DNA from: a candidate division FCPU426 bacterium
GTDB lineage: Bacteria > Oederibacteriota > JAAXVQ01 > JAUVAV01
NCBI GenBank assembly: GCA_030637655.1
Contig: DAOWGI010000027.1
Coordinates: 40,329-104,328, forward strand
Reading direction: 5' to 3'
DNA length: 64,000 nt
Below the pieces are notes generated by a model that saw only the letters and a list, made by a program, of their open reading frames with translations, made no database searches and was not told the origin of the DNA. The number at the start of each line of letters is the position of its first letter. Positions within the stretch are counted from its first letter, which is position 1. Shown one piece after another: positions 49,254 to 58,880 of the stretch. A program made the translations under genes and the position numbers.

Positions 49254-50798
49254 TCAATGCTTCTTGCTTTGCTTCTTTATGTACTCAGCGCCTTTTTTAG
49301 TAAGACGATATTTTTGCAAACGGCTGTTGGGCTTTTCGGGGATGGTTCGCTCTATCAGACTATTTTCCAAAGCAATGCTGAGGTATTGCTTCTCAAAATT
49401 ATCACGCCCCTTTAAATGCATCGCCTCCATTATCTCTTTGCGGCTCATTTCCTGATTTTTCAAGCATCTCAACAACTTTCCGACTTGCCCTGTGACTTGC
49501 CCTGTGACTTGCCCTGTGACTTGCCCTGTGACTTGCCCTGTGACTTGCGGGGCTATCCCACCAACAGCCTCAAAAGCGCGCCCGGATTTCCGGCGAATCG
49601 TTATCACAAATCCGTCTGTTAGCCGGAACTCCGGTTCCTTGAGTCCTGCTTCGCGGCAGCGTTCAACCATATCGCTGATGCCGGTTCCCATGCGCTCAAT
49701 ATACTTTGTCAGATATAAAGGCTCGGCAATCAACGGATTGACAGGCACTGATCCATGCGGCTGGCGCAGCTTTTCCAATGTGAGCGGGGGCGGAAGAGTA
49801 CCGGGATTCCACACTTCCAGCCGGTCGGAAAAAAGCATGACCTGCACACTGCCATTGCTGGTATAGTCGCGATGCGCCACGGCATTGACGATCGCTTCGG
49901 AAACCACTTCCGGGGGGATTTCATACGCCACCGGCGCCTGCGGTCCGCGAGCGCGCGTACCCACGGCTAAATCAATTTTTGAAAGAACAAAATTGACCGA
50001 CTGATTCACCAGATCAAACAATGTTCCCTTAAAGATTTGATAGAAAGGAATGGGTTTTGAAACGCTTGTGCCGTGAAAATGGGCGCATTTCACTTCAGAC
50101 GAAATTAGAAAACGCTGCGGATTTTTCCCGAATAGAAGCATGGCCGCGTTGGTCGGGAGATCGTTTTTAAGCAAATTCAAATGCGCCAGCACATCCCGCA
50201 TCTTGGTGTCGTCCGTCAAGGGTAATCCGCGCGAGTGACGGGCAAGTTGAAGAAACCAGCTGATTTTCTCTTCAGATAGGTCTTCCAGTTTCGCATCACG
50301 GCACAGCGCGGCGTCAAACGGCACGTCGCGAAGCAACTCATGCGCTGCCAAATAATCCACCAGCGCCGCGTAAACTCCTGCCATGAGCTCTGAAAATGTT
50401 GAAAATCTCCGGCGGATAAGCTGTGCGCCGGCGTGTTGCACGAGTGCGCGCATTTTCGGATGGCGTTGGCTGTCATCCAGACCTTTGACAAATATCAAAC
50501 GATATTTTCCGCGCCTGGTTGCTTCATCAAACTCCTGATGCGTGGCCGAAAAACCATTCGCATCTTCAGTCCCGTATTGATTCCCGAAAATGCCAATATA
50601 AACCTCACATTGCCCGATTTCGTTCATGTACAATGCCACCGCTGATTGATCCGCAGCAGCTTTGTCTTCAAACACAAACGGCTCAAAAAACCTCCGCAAC
50701 ATTGGATCAGCGCGCAAATACTCGCGCAGGGCTGCGCGCTCCGCTTCAAACTCTTTTTGAACACTGCTAATGAATATTTTAAATTTCATCCGCGTCAT
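49254..50798 (-). CDS. Fusion protein of N-terminal DUF4062 (TIR-like) with a COG2865-type module (Schlafen-like AlbA_2 DNA-binding domain, HATPase_c_4, C-terminal wHTH); candidate defense protein
   Basis: N-terminus KIFISSVQKEFEAER matches the DUF4062 / TIR-like FISS..E pattern. Central and C-terminal region resembles COG2865 regulators (..AHRDYTSNGSVQVMLFSDRLEVWNPG..). (QVTGQ)x5 linker, then wHTH. The likely true start is M4 (ATG 50789) behind AAGAGGG. Confidence 0.6.
   Translation of the reverse strand: MTRMKFKIFISSVQKEFEAERAALREYLRADPMLRRFFEPFVFEDKAAADQSAVALYMNEIGQCEVYIGIFGNQYGTEDANGFSATHQEFDEATRRGKYRLIFVKGLDDSQRHPKMRALVQHAGAQLIRRRFSTFSELMAGVYAALVDYLAAHELLRDVPFDAALCRDAKLEDLSEEKISWFLQLARHSRGLPLTDDTKMRDVLAHLNLLKNDLPTNAAMLLFGKNPQRFLISSEVKCAHFHGTSVSKPIPFYQIFKGTLFDLVNQSVNFVLSKIDLAVGTRARGPQAPVAYEIPPEVVSEAIVNAVAHRDYTSNGSVQVMLFSDRLEVWNPGTLPPPLTLEKLRQPHGSVPVNPLIAEPLYLTKYIERMGTGISDMVERCREAGLKEPEFRLTDGFVITIRRKSGRAFEAVGGIAPQVTGQVTGQVTGQVTGQVTGQVGKLLRCLKNQEMSRKEIMEAMHLKGRDNFEKQYLSIALENSLIERTIPEKPNSRLQKYRLTKKGAEYIKKQSKKH
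49484..49560. repeat. In-frame 15-bp tandem repeat (tgacttgccctg..), about 5.5 copies, encoding a (QVTGQ)n linker
   Basis: Directly visible perfect tandem array cctgtgacttgccctgtgacttgccctgtgacttg.. inside the DUF4062-COG2865 gene. Confidence 0.8.
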
Positions 50799-50919
50799 AC
50801 CCTCTTAAATAAAGCCTTGCCGTGAAAGTCCGCATATCAGTAGGGACTTCTCCGTCTTCATACCCCCATATGCTGCTATGCGCAAATATTGGGGCAAGCA
50901 ATTAAATGTTTTTTAGGGG

Positions 50920-51120
50920 CTACCCTCGCCGCATTCGCAGATACGCCTCCACACTCCGGTCATAGGTTTTTTCGGTTTTGGCATCAAAATAACAAGCCGG
51001 CAGTTCGCCTAAGCGCCTGTGATATTGTACGCACTCGCAACATATACCTTTACGTGAACAAGGATAGGTGCAATTGCAGTAACTCATGTTTTTATCCTTT
51101 TTGCATTCCATCAAAATCAC
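50920..51120 (-). CDS. Small Cys-rich protein (66 aa, nine Cys including CNC, CxxxxxCC, CxxC patterns)
   Basis: ORF with a probable metal-binding cysteine arrangement. No confident family assignment. Confidence 0.35.
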   Translation of the reverse strand: MILMECKKDKNMSYCNCTYPCSRKGICCECVQYHRRLGELPACYFDAKTEKTYDRSVEAYLRMRRG

Positions 51121-51239
51121 CTCCTGTTACTCTCAATCAAACTGTACTACTTTTTATTGCGTTCGTTTTTGTGGTTTCATCTTTTACCCGCATTTTCCTC
51201 AGCGTTCTCTGTGCCTCTGTGCCTCTGTGGTAAACGCTT

Positions 51240-51653
51240 TTATTCCCCCATCACTTTAATCACCAACCGCTTGGGACGTTGGCCGTCAAACTCCGCGTAA
51301 AACACTGCTTGCCAAGGACCTAAATCCAAGCGTCTTTTGGTAATGGGAAGTATAACCTGATGATGAACCAGCAAGTTTTTTAAATGCGCATCTCCATTGG
51401 TTTCACCGGTCCGGTGATGGTGGTAATCATCCTTATAAGGCGCCAAACCTTCCAACCACTCATCAATATCCTGATGTAGGCCGGGTTCATTATCATTCAC
51501 AAATACCCCGGCAGTGATGTGCATGGCTGAGACCAGCGCCATTCCCTCCTGCACCTTGGAAGCTCTCACTTCTTTTTCTACGTCTGAAGTGATATTGATA
51601 TACTCGCGATGTTTGGCAGTATTAAAGGTTCTATAGGCAGTATGGCTTTTCAT
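51240..51653 (-). CDS. yjbQ: YjbQ/UPF0047 family protein (secondary thiamine-phosphate synthase-like)
   Basis: 137 aa. Conserved YjbQ blocks ([30 protein letters not shown]). Confidence 0.7.
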   Translation of the reverse strand: MKSHTAYRTFNTAKHREYINITSDVEKEVRASKVQEGMALVSAMHITAGVFVNDNEPGLHQDIDEWLEGLAPYKDDYHHHRTGETNGDAHLKNLLVHHQVILPITKRRLDLGPWQAVFYAEFDGQRPKRLVIKVMGE

Positions 51654-51801
51654 TGATTCCTCCTTTTTGTCTAAAATTAAACACAGGGGCCTGGCATGCC
51701 CGGGGGACTTTATAGTGAGAATAATAGCAAATCAAAAAATAGAATGTTAGTAATTTATGTGATTTTTACATAAATAGCTGCCCGGCACAGAATAAAATTG
51801 C

Positions 51802-52155
51802 TGAATTGTAACCACAAGCGCGACAGTTATTAAGTTGTCATTGAACCTAATAACTGTCGCTGAATCACAATACTGATTTTAAGGTCCTTTTAGCTCGTCA
51901 TCCCCCGACCGGAAAAGATATATAGGGACGCTTCGCAGCCGGCATTTCGTCACCCCGGTATGCAGTTAACCGGGGCGGGATCCAGGACGGCTACTTACAA
52001 ACGAAGGATTTCCTGGACCCCGGATAAAATCGTTCCGGGGTGACGAACTTTAAAGAAAAAACCTTTTTTACCAAGATCAGGTATGTTGCAATATGAGTTA
52101 CAATCTGCCGGTTACCTTCTAACTTACAACATGTTGCACTTGTGGTTACAATTCA
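51802..52155. repeat. Composite 354-bp element bounded by 20-bp inverted repeats tgaattgtaaccacaagcgc / gcacttgtggttacaattca, containing a 42-bp palindrome and a degenerate family-3 core
   Basis: TIRs at 51802-51821 and 52136-52155. Palindrome gcgacagttattaagttgtcattgaacctaataactgtcgc at 51819-51860. 51890-51960 resembles the reverse complement of the family-3 core (ccgaccggaaaagatatatagggacgc). Confidence 0.4.
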
Positions 52156-52289
52156 CCAGCTTTTATAAATATTCTATTGGATTTTTCATTCCGTATCATT
52201 AGACTGGGCTCAGAATGGCAAATTTCGCGAGCATTATTTTATGCGGAAACTGGAAAAAGTCCGCCCGGTTTCCAATAAACTAAGCTTTT

Positions 52290-53450
52290 CTAGCTTTCCA
52301 AATCCTTTATTTTCTGCACGGCATGCACGATATCATCCGCCAGATGGGGTGGAGCATACCGAAGAAAAAGTTTATAAGCTTCTACTGCTTTACTAAGCCG
52401 GCCGGATTTCTCGCAGCTTAAAGCCTTATCAAAATAGATTCGCGCTGAATCCGGTTGGATCTGCAAAGCTTTATTAAAATCTTCGATTGCCCGAATATAA
52501 TCGCCTTTCCTGTAATAAATCACTCCGCGGTCGTGGTAGGCTTCACCATTATTTGGCTGTATTTCCAATACTTTGTTAAAGTCTCGAATCGCCTGTTCAT
52601 AGTTATTTTGGGCGCAATAAGCAATTCCCCGATTTCGGTATGCGGTTTTATCCAAAGTATTTATTTTCAAGACATGATTGAAGTCAACAATGGCATCTTC
52701 ATATTGTCTGTTTTTGAGATAAGCTATTCCGCGATGCTTGCAGGCATCCGCATCTTCCGGCTTTAGATCCAAACTTTGGTTGAAATCATCAACTGCTTTA
52801 GCGCATTTGTTTTTAAACAGATAAGCTAATCCCCTATGGTAATAAGCGTCAAAATATTTCGTATTGAATTTCAGCGCTTGATTAAATTCGGCAATTGCTT
52901 TATCGAACGAGGCGCCGGCTAAATAAGTTAATCCCCGGCAAAAATAGGCTTCAGCGTTATTGGGCTTGATTTTTAAAGCCCTGTTAAAGTCGTCAAGCGC
53001 CGGCGGGTATTTGCCTAGATTGTAATAGACTTTACCCCTCAGCACATAAGCTGAAAAATATTCAGGGTCAATTTCCAATGCTTTAGTTAGATTTTGATCC
53101 GCCTGGAAAAAATCACATTTCAGCGAATAAATCAGTCCTAAATTGTGATAAATGCCGGGGCTTTTGGATTGAATTTCCAATACTTTTTTTAACTCGGCAA
53201 TGGCCCGGTCATACTTCTTATTATTCACATAGACTGTCACGCGGTTGTAGCGGTCTTTTATCGCCTTTTGCTCTTTTTCGGCAGCTTTATTTAACTTGGA
53301 AACTGCTAGACCAGTACCATCTTGCCTGACATTGAATTTTGCATTTAAATTTTCAGGAATTGCATAACTTTTGAAACCTAATATGACTGCCATAATAAAA
53401 AGCACTGTTTTAATCAGTGTAAATTTTATTATATTCATCAGAATCAACAA
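52290..53450 (-). CDS. Secreted TPR-repeat protein (about 9 TPR units)
   Basis: Signal-peptide or TM N-terminus. Regular 34-aa TPR repeats (AxxYxxxGxxYxxxxxYxxAIxDFNKAL). Confidence 0.7.
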   Translation of the reverse strand: MLILMNIIKFTLIKTVLFIMAVILGFKSYAIPENLNAKFNVRQDGTGLAVSKLNKAAEKEQKAIKDRYNRVTVYVNNKKYDRAIAELKKVLEIQSKSPGIYHNLGLIYSLKCDFFQADQNLTKALEIDPEYFSAYVLRGKVYYNLGKYPPALDDFNRALKIKPNNAEAYFCRGLTYLAGASFDKAIAEFNQALKFNTKYFDAYYHRGLAYLFKNKCAKAVDDFNQSLDLKPEDADACKHRGIAYLKNRQYEDAIVDFNHVLKINTLDKTAYRNRGIAYCAQNNYEQAIRDFNKVLEIQPNNGEAYHDRGVIYYRKGDYIRAIEDFNKALQIQPDSARIYFDKALSCEKSGRLSKAVEAYKLFLRYAPPHLADDIVHAVQKIKDLES

Positions 53451-53639
53451 CTTTCTTTTTTGGGAGGAGGGGGAATGGAAGAAAATTCGGAGGAATCCTA
53501 TTTTTTTAAACCAACAACCAAAACCATTCCATTTTACATCTATTATAAATATAGCACATATTTATTGGGATGCAAATTTCTCTGATTATTTTCACCAATC
53601 TGCCGGTGTGAGGTGATAAAATTGCCATTAACCAATTCA

Positions 53640-53858
53640 AATTTCTATGCAATAATGGCGTGGTTGGTGCAAAGGCCGGTTGTTGGGAACTGTCGAAGCG
53701 GAGCTTTCAGGGGGACCGCAGGTCCCCCTGACGCAAACGCCGATGCGTTTTGCTGGCCCCTCCTATCCGATTCAGGGGCTCCGCCCCCGAACCCCCGCTC
53801 TCTATTTTTATAGAGAGCCGCTGCCAATAGGCGGCAAATCATGATGAAAGGCACCTGT
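53640..53858 (+). ncRNA. Candidate structured RNA or regulatory leader: GC-rich run of four consecutive hairpins upstream of the SDR gene
   Basis: Hairpins cagggggaccgcaggtccccctg, gcaaacgccgatgcgttttgc, ctctctatttttatagagag and gccgctgccaataggcggc. About 60% GC versus about 45% elsewhere. No match to a known family could be made by eye. Confidence 0.25.
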
Positions 53859-53859
53859 T

Positions 53860-54576
53860 ATGCCAAAAACTATTATTGTAGGTGCCACCTCCGGTATTGG
53901 CTGCGAGTTAGCGCGTCAATTAGCCCAGGCAGGTTGGACACTCGGTCTTACCGGCCGCCGCCTGGAACGCTTGGAAGCTTTAAAAACTGAACTTCCCGGA
54001 TCTGTTTTTATTCAGGCTATGGATGTAAGTCAAACCTCCCGGGCTATTTCTGCTTTGCAGCAATTGATACAGACCATGGGCGGAATGGACCTGCTTATTA
54101 TTAGTGCCGGCATTTCACATCGTAACGCCTCCTGGGAACAGGCAAATGAAATCATTAAAATCAATGTCCAAGGCTTTGCTGCCATTGCTCACGTTGGTTT
54201 CTCTTTTTTTAGTGAGCAAGGCTTTGGCCGGCTGGTTGGGCTCTCCTCAATTTCCGCGATTCGGGGCCGGGGAGAAAACATAGCTTACTCAGCGAGCAAA
54301 GCTTTTGTTTCCAATTATCTTCAGGGGCTTAGGCAAAAAACCGCGCGCGCTAATAAAAAAATCATCATCACAGACATTCTTGCCGGTTGGATCAATACTC
54401 CCTTAATCCGCAGAGGTGGCTCCAAACGATTTTGGGTGGCACCGGTTGATGTTGCTGCTCGTCAAATTATCACAGCCATTCAGAAGAAAAAATCCCGCGC
54501 TTATGTCACCCGCCGATGGAAACTCATCGCCTGGTTCTTGCTCCTGATTCCGGATTGGTGGCATAAAAGATTGTGA
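53860..54576 (+). CDS. Short-chain dehydrogenase/reductase (SDR) family oxidoreductase
   Basis: N-terminal cofactor motif GATSGIGCELA. Catalytic YSASK. 238 aa. Confidence 0.8.
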   Translation: MPKTIIVGATSGIGCELARQLAQAGWTLGLTGRRLERLEALKTELPGSVFIQAMDVSQTSRAISALQQLIQTMGGMDLLIISAGISHRNASWEQANEIIKINVQGFAAIAHVGFSFFSEQGFGRLVGLSSISAIRGRGENIAYSASKAFVSNYLQGLRQKTARANKKIIITDILAGWINTPLIRRGGSKRFWVAPVDVAARQIITAIQKKKSRAYVTRRWKLIAWFLLLIPDWWHKRL

Positions 54577-54607
54577 TATTTGTAGAGACGCGTCTCTACA
54601 GCCAAAT

Positions 54608-54637
54608 AAAAAAGCCTCCTTGAGAAGGAGGCTTTTT
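54608..54637. terminator. Bidirectional rho-independent terminator (aaaaagcctccttgagaaggaggctttttt)
   Basis: 9-bp GC-rich stem flanked by an A-run and a T-run. Lies between the convergent SDR gene and tRNA-fMet. A second palindrome gtagagacgcgtctctac lies at 54589-54606. Confidence 0.55.
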
Positions 54638-54643
54638 TATATA

Positions 54644-54718
<75 letters not shown>

Positions 54719-54813
54719 TCATTAGCATAATGAGGATGGAATTTAACACATCATGTATGCAATGTCTAGAAAAAACTTGATTTTTACTTAAAACCATTTT
54801 TCTTTAAAACACC

Positions 54814-55563
54814 CTATTTTTTTACTGATCCCTGGGCTGCTACTGCGGCTTGGGCCTTGGCAATGGCTTCCTGATCCCCCAAATAATAGTGTTTGATTAC
54901 TTTGAAATCATCATCAAACTCATAGACCAAAGGAATACCTGTGGGAATATTCAGTTTCACAATCTCCTCATCAGACATATTGTCCAAATGCTTGACTAAA
55001 GCACGCAGAGAATTCCCGTGTGCAGCAATCAAGATCTTTTTGCCGGCTTTAAGTTCTGGAAAAATTACATCCTTCCAATACGGCAAGGCGCGTTCCAGCG
55101 TCTTTTTCAAATCCTCGGTAGCCGGACGTTCCTCAGGCGAAAGATCCGCATAACGAGGATCGTGATTGGGATGACGCTCATCGGATTCTTCCAAGACCGG
55201 TGGTGGTATATCATAACTGCGGCGCCAGATCTTGACCTGGTCTTCTCCAAATTTTTCCGCGGTCTCGGATTTATTCAACCCCTGTAATTCTCCGTAATGA
55301 CGCTCATTCAAACGCCAAGTACGTATCACAGGAATCCACATGAGATCCATCTCATCCAGGGTAATCCAGAGCGTACGAATCGCGCGTTTGAGAACAGAGG
55401 TATAGGCTACATCAAAGGTAAATCCCTCTTTTTTAAATAATTTTCCTGCCGCCTCTGCTTCTTGTAGCCCTTGTTCGGACAAATCCACATCCGTCCAGCC
55501 GGTGAACTTATTTTCCAGGTTCCACGTGCTCTGCCCATGGCGCAGCATGACCAATTTCGTCAT
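54814..55563 (-). CDS. gpmA: 2,3-bisphosphoglycerate-dependent phosphoglycerate mutase
   Basis: N-terminal [12 protein letters not shown] with catalytic His. 249 aa. Confidence 0.85.
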   Translation of the reverse strand: MTKLVMLRHGQSTWNLENKFTGWTDVDLSEQGLQEAEAAGKLFKKEGFTFDVAYTSVLKRAIRTLWITLDEMDLMWIPVIRTWRLNERHYGELQGLNKSETAEKFGEDQVKIWRRSYDIPPPVLEESDERHPNHDPRYADLSPEERPATEDLKKTLERALPYWKDVIFPELKAGKKILIAAHGNSLRALVKHLDNMSDEEIVKLNIPTGIPLVYEFDDDFKVIKHYYLGDQEAIAKAQAAVAAQGSVKK

Positions 55564-55826
55564 AATAGTAACCTCCTAACCCGGACAAGCCGGAACCAAA
55601 AATATTTGATAGGATTAACAGAATATACGGGATTTTAAATAAATCCTGTCAATCCTGTTATCCTGTCAAAAAAAATTCTTTGCGCTCTTTACGGCGAATG
55701 ATTTTCTGCCATAAAAAGTACGAATTTGAAAACTAAGATACTAAGATGTAAAAACGCAGGAATTATATCATATTAGGTCTGGGAGAAAAGCCTTTTTTTG
55801 TTAAAATTTCAGATGTGAACCCCTGA

Positions 55827-57350
55827 TTAGTGGCTGACCTCATAAAATCCCCGGGTGGAGATGTTGGGTTCGCTGGTCAAATTGAGACCCAAACGCCGTA
55901 ATCCAGCCTCATCACCGGGCGTGGGAATATGGGTCATGTGTACTTCGCACCCCTTCAGTTCTTTTAACTTTTCTAAAGCCGTTTTCGCGGTCGGATTGGT
56001 CGTTGCGCTGATACTCAACGCGATCAAGGCTTCGTCTAAATCCAGGCTGGCTGATTTTGATTGCATGATATCTTCTTTAAACTCGGATATAGACTCAATA
56101 ATATTCCCGGACAATAAATGGATACTATCCGGCACACCTGACAGCTTTTTTGCTGCATTGAGAATTAAGCTGGACGCCGCATGCAGTAATGGCTTGTTCG
56201 TCCCTGTTTCAATGGAGCCATCCGGTAATTCTATGGCCGCACCGCAATACACCCCTTGATGCCCTTTGCCTTTTTCCGGCGCTTCTGCGGCAGCCTTACG
56301 CGCAGCTCCAACCACCAAGCGGTCTTCCGGTTTGGCGTTGACTTCCTTCATTATAAGCTCTGCCCGTTGTACCGACTCGCTATCGCCCATGCCCAGGGTA
56401 TACTCGCAACAGGCACGAAAATAGCGCCGGATGATTTCCTGGATAGCCGCCTGGCGCACAGCCTCGTCCTTGACAATCCCAAAGCCGGCCCGGTTCACAC
56501 CCATATCCGTAGGTGATTTGTAGATGGATTCCGCACCGGTGATTTTTTCTAAAATCCGCTTCAAAACCGGGAAAATTTCTACATCCCGGTTGTAGTTAAT
56601 GGTTTTTTCATTGTACGCTTCCAGATGCCAGGGATCAATTTCATTATAATCCTTCAAATCCACGGTGGCAGCTTCATATGCCACATTAACCGGATGCTTG
56701 AGCGGAATATTCCAGATCGGAAAGGTCTCGAACTTGGCATACCCGGATTCAATGCCCCGGATGTGATCATGATACATTTGGGAAAGGCAGGTCGCCAATT
56801 TACCGCTGCCCGGTCCGGGGCCGGTTACAATTACCAGCTTATTCTTGGTTTCCACATACTCATTTGCTCCATAGCCTTCTTCGCTCACAATCCTATCCAC
56901 TTCCGTAGGATAGCCCTTGGTAAAATAATGCTTGTATACCGGTATGTTTTGTCGTTCGAGCCTGTTTTTAAATATCCGGACAGCCGGTTGATCCTCATAA
57001 CGCGTTATGATTACCGCAGTTACTGCAATCCCCCAGTCTTTGAGATCATCGATTAGTTTGAGCGCGTCTACATCATAGGTGATGCCAAAATCCGCGCGAA
57101 CTTTACGTCGGGCAATATCTCCGGAATAGATGCAGAGAATAATGTCCGCCTCGTTCTTCATTTGCTGGAGCAAACGCATTTTGACGTTCGGATCAAATCC
57201 CGGCAACACACGCGAAGCATGCATGTCATACATAATTTTACCGCCAAATTCCAGATACAATTTGTTGCTGAATTTTTCCAGGCGTTCCCGGATGGCTTCG
57301 GCCTGTTCTTTTAAATATTTTTCATTATCAAATCCAACTTCAATCGGCAT
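55827..57350 (-). CDS. UPF0371 / DUF1846 family protein
   Basis: N-terminal IEVGFDNEKYL..KLYLEFGGK..HASRVLPGF matches the family consensus. Start taken at MPIEVGF (ATG 57350, AAGGGAG RBS). Confidence 0.6.
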   Translation of the reverse strand: MPIEVGFDNEKYLKEQAEAIRERLEKFSNKLYLEFGGKIMYDMHASRVLPGFDPNVKMRLLQQMKNEADIILCIYSGDIARRKVRADFGITYDVDALKLIDDLKDWGIAVTAVIITRYEDQPAVRIFKNRLERQNIPVYKHYFTKGYPTEVDRIVSEEGYGANEYVETKNKLVIVTGPGPGSGKLATCLSQMYHDHIRGIESGYAKFETFPIWNIPLKHPVNVAYEAATVDLKDYNEIDPWHLEAYNEKTINYNRDVEIFPVLKRILEKITGAESIYKSPTDMGVNRAGFGIVKDEAVRQAAIQEIIRRYFRACCEYTLGMGDSESVQRAELIMKEVNAKPEDRLVVGAARKAAAEAPEKGKGHQGVYCGAAIELPDGSIETGTNKPLLHAASSLILNAAKKLSGVPDSIHLLSGNIIESISEFKEDIMQSKSASLDLDEALIALSISATTNPTAKTALEKLKELKGCEVHMTHIPTPGDEAGLRRLGLNLTSEPNISTRGFYEVSH

Positions 57351-57663
57351 TATACGCTCCCTTATGATCACAAAAATGAATACTCCGGTCTTGGCAACAG
57401 GAGCGGAAATTTTATAACCGTTTCATTTAATTGTATATATTTTTTCATTCTTGTCATTATTTTTCAATTTGCTTTGTCCCGTTCGGATTGTATGTTTTTT
57501 TGAGTAAACGCGTTTAAACGTGATAAGAATGGCTTGGGATAAACTATCAGGAATGATTGCCGGATAAAAAAAGCGCACTTCCCTCGTACTGCTCCAACCA
57601 GCCCAAAATCACTTGAAGAAAAGCGCCTTTTTACAAAAAAATATATTTCACAAACCCCTTAGT

Positions 57664-57876
57664 TTAATTACGATAAAACGCTGCTTGGCGTTTAGGCCAT
57701 TTTGACTTAATAAAAACAATGATTTTCTCGAATTTATTAGTATCTTTGGCAACCGCCTTAATAAACGCCTTACGCAGCTTTTCTCTTTCTACTGCCCGTA
57801 TCAAATCTAAAGAAGCCTTATTCAACAGAACTAAATAATTGTTTTCAGTATCAGGAATCGGTAACATTGGTATCAC
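57664..57876 (-). CDS. Hypothetical 70-aa protein
   Basis: ORF only. Weak RBS. Confidence 0.2.
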   Translation of the reverse strand: MIPMLPIPDTENNYLVLLNKASLDLIRAVEREKLRKAFIKAVAKDTNKFEKIIVFIKSKWPKRQAAFYRN

Positions 57877-58208
57877 CCATTCTTTTGTTTATTTACTATA
57901 ACTAAGTATAGCATACAAAACAACAAAAACCGAATTTAGGAGTTGATATTAAACCCTTTAAAAACAGACTTTTTATCCAATCGTCCCCCCTGTGTGTCTT
58001 CACGCTCACCTGAGTGGAGTCAATGTAAGTATAGACACCAAAAAACGTTTTTTGCTGAACCGTAATCACCCTCTTATCGTGCCGGCGCGAACACAATGGG
58101 CGTGAGACCATTACGGTGGATTCTAAAGTTTTCTTACTCAGAGCCGTTAATTTAATTGAGGCAACTGGCAGGGTTCGACAACACCTAAAATAAATGGAGA
58201 CGTTAATC

Positions 58209-58769
58209 ATGGCCAGACATAAAGGCAATAGTATATTTACCCTGCGAAAATTATTTAAAACGAAAGGCGAGCCCTTTTTCCAAGCATTCCTGGGCCGGCT
58301 TTCCCCGGAAGCAAAAAAAGACTTTTTAAGCGCCATTTCCGTGACCTGGGTTGATATCGAAATTTATGCCGAAATCATAGAAAAAGCCGCACCGCTCATT
58401 TACCCGAACGATTCTAAGTGCCTTGAAAAACTGGGGACGTATCTGGTCAAAGAACATTTGCCAAAATTGTATAAGATTTTTTTTCCGGTTTTTTCCCTAA
58501 AATTTGTTATAACAAAATCCACTAGGATATGGCCTCACTATTATGATACGGGTGCTTCCCATATAGAAAATTTCGCGGTCAAGGAAGGGGGACAGGGGTA
58601 TCGGCTAACTATGGTGGTAACTGGCTTTCCTGAATTACCCAAGGTTTTAAGAAAACTTGTCAGCGGCTGGATCTATGGAATGATGGAAATCTGCGGCGAA
58701 ACTAATTTTATTATTAAGCTTGATGAAAGTAATCCCAACGCATGGAGTTGGACTGCAGACAACCGTTGA
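58209..58769 (+). CDS. Hypothetical protein (about 186 aa)
   Basis: One of only two plus-strand genes. Start taken at the second ATG (MARHKGN) behind GGAG. No recognisable motif. Confidence 0.4.
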   Translation: MARHKGNSIFTLRKLFKTKGEPFFQAFLGRLSPEAKKDFLSAISVTWVDIEIYAEIIEKAAPLIYPNDSKCLEKLGTYLVKEHLPKLYKIFFPVFSLKFVITKSTRIWPHYYDTGASHIENFAVKEGGQGYRLTMVVTGFPELPKVLRKLVSGWIYGMMEICGETNFIIKLDESNPNAWSWTADNR

Positions 58770-58880
58770 GCTGTGCAAATAGTTAAGAGTTCTGTTGATT
58801 ACTCCTATCTCGGGTTGCACACAATTTCGCGCAGGCTTCTTTTAATGTTCATCACAAAAATGTGGAACATGGCAAGCTTT

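Noticed and set aside
49484-49560. Possible CRISPR array suggested by the regular 15-bp repeat
   Set aside because: The repeats are directly tandem with no spacers and lie in-frame inside a protein-coding gene. It is a coding minisatellite, not a CRISPR array.
57960-58190. Possible structured leader upstream of the 58209 ORF (ccgtaatcaccc..gagaccattacgg)
   Set aside because: Only a short 7-bp inverted repeat and no recognisable riboswitch core. Insufficient evidence.
57902-58336. 144-aa minus-strand ORF overlapping the start of the plus-strand hypothetical gene
   Set aside because: No RBS, Cys/Phe-rich low-complexity translation, and it overlaps a better-supported plus-strand ORF with a GGAG RBS.
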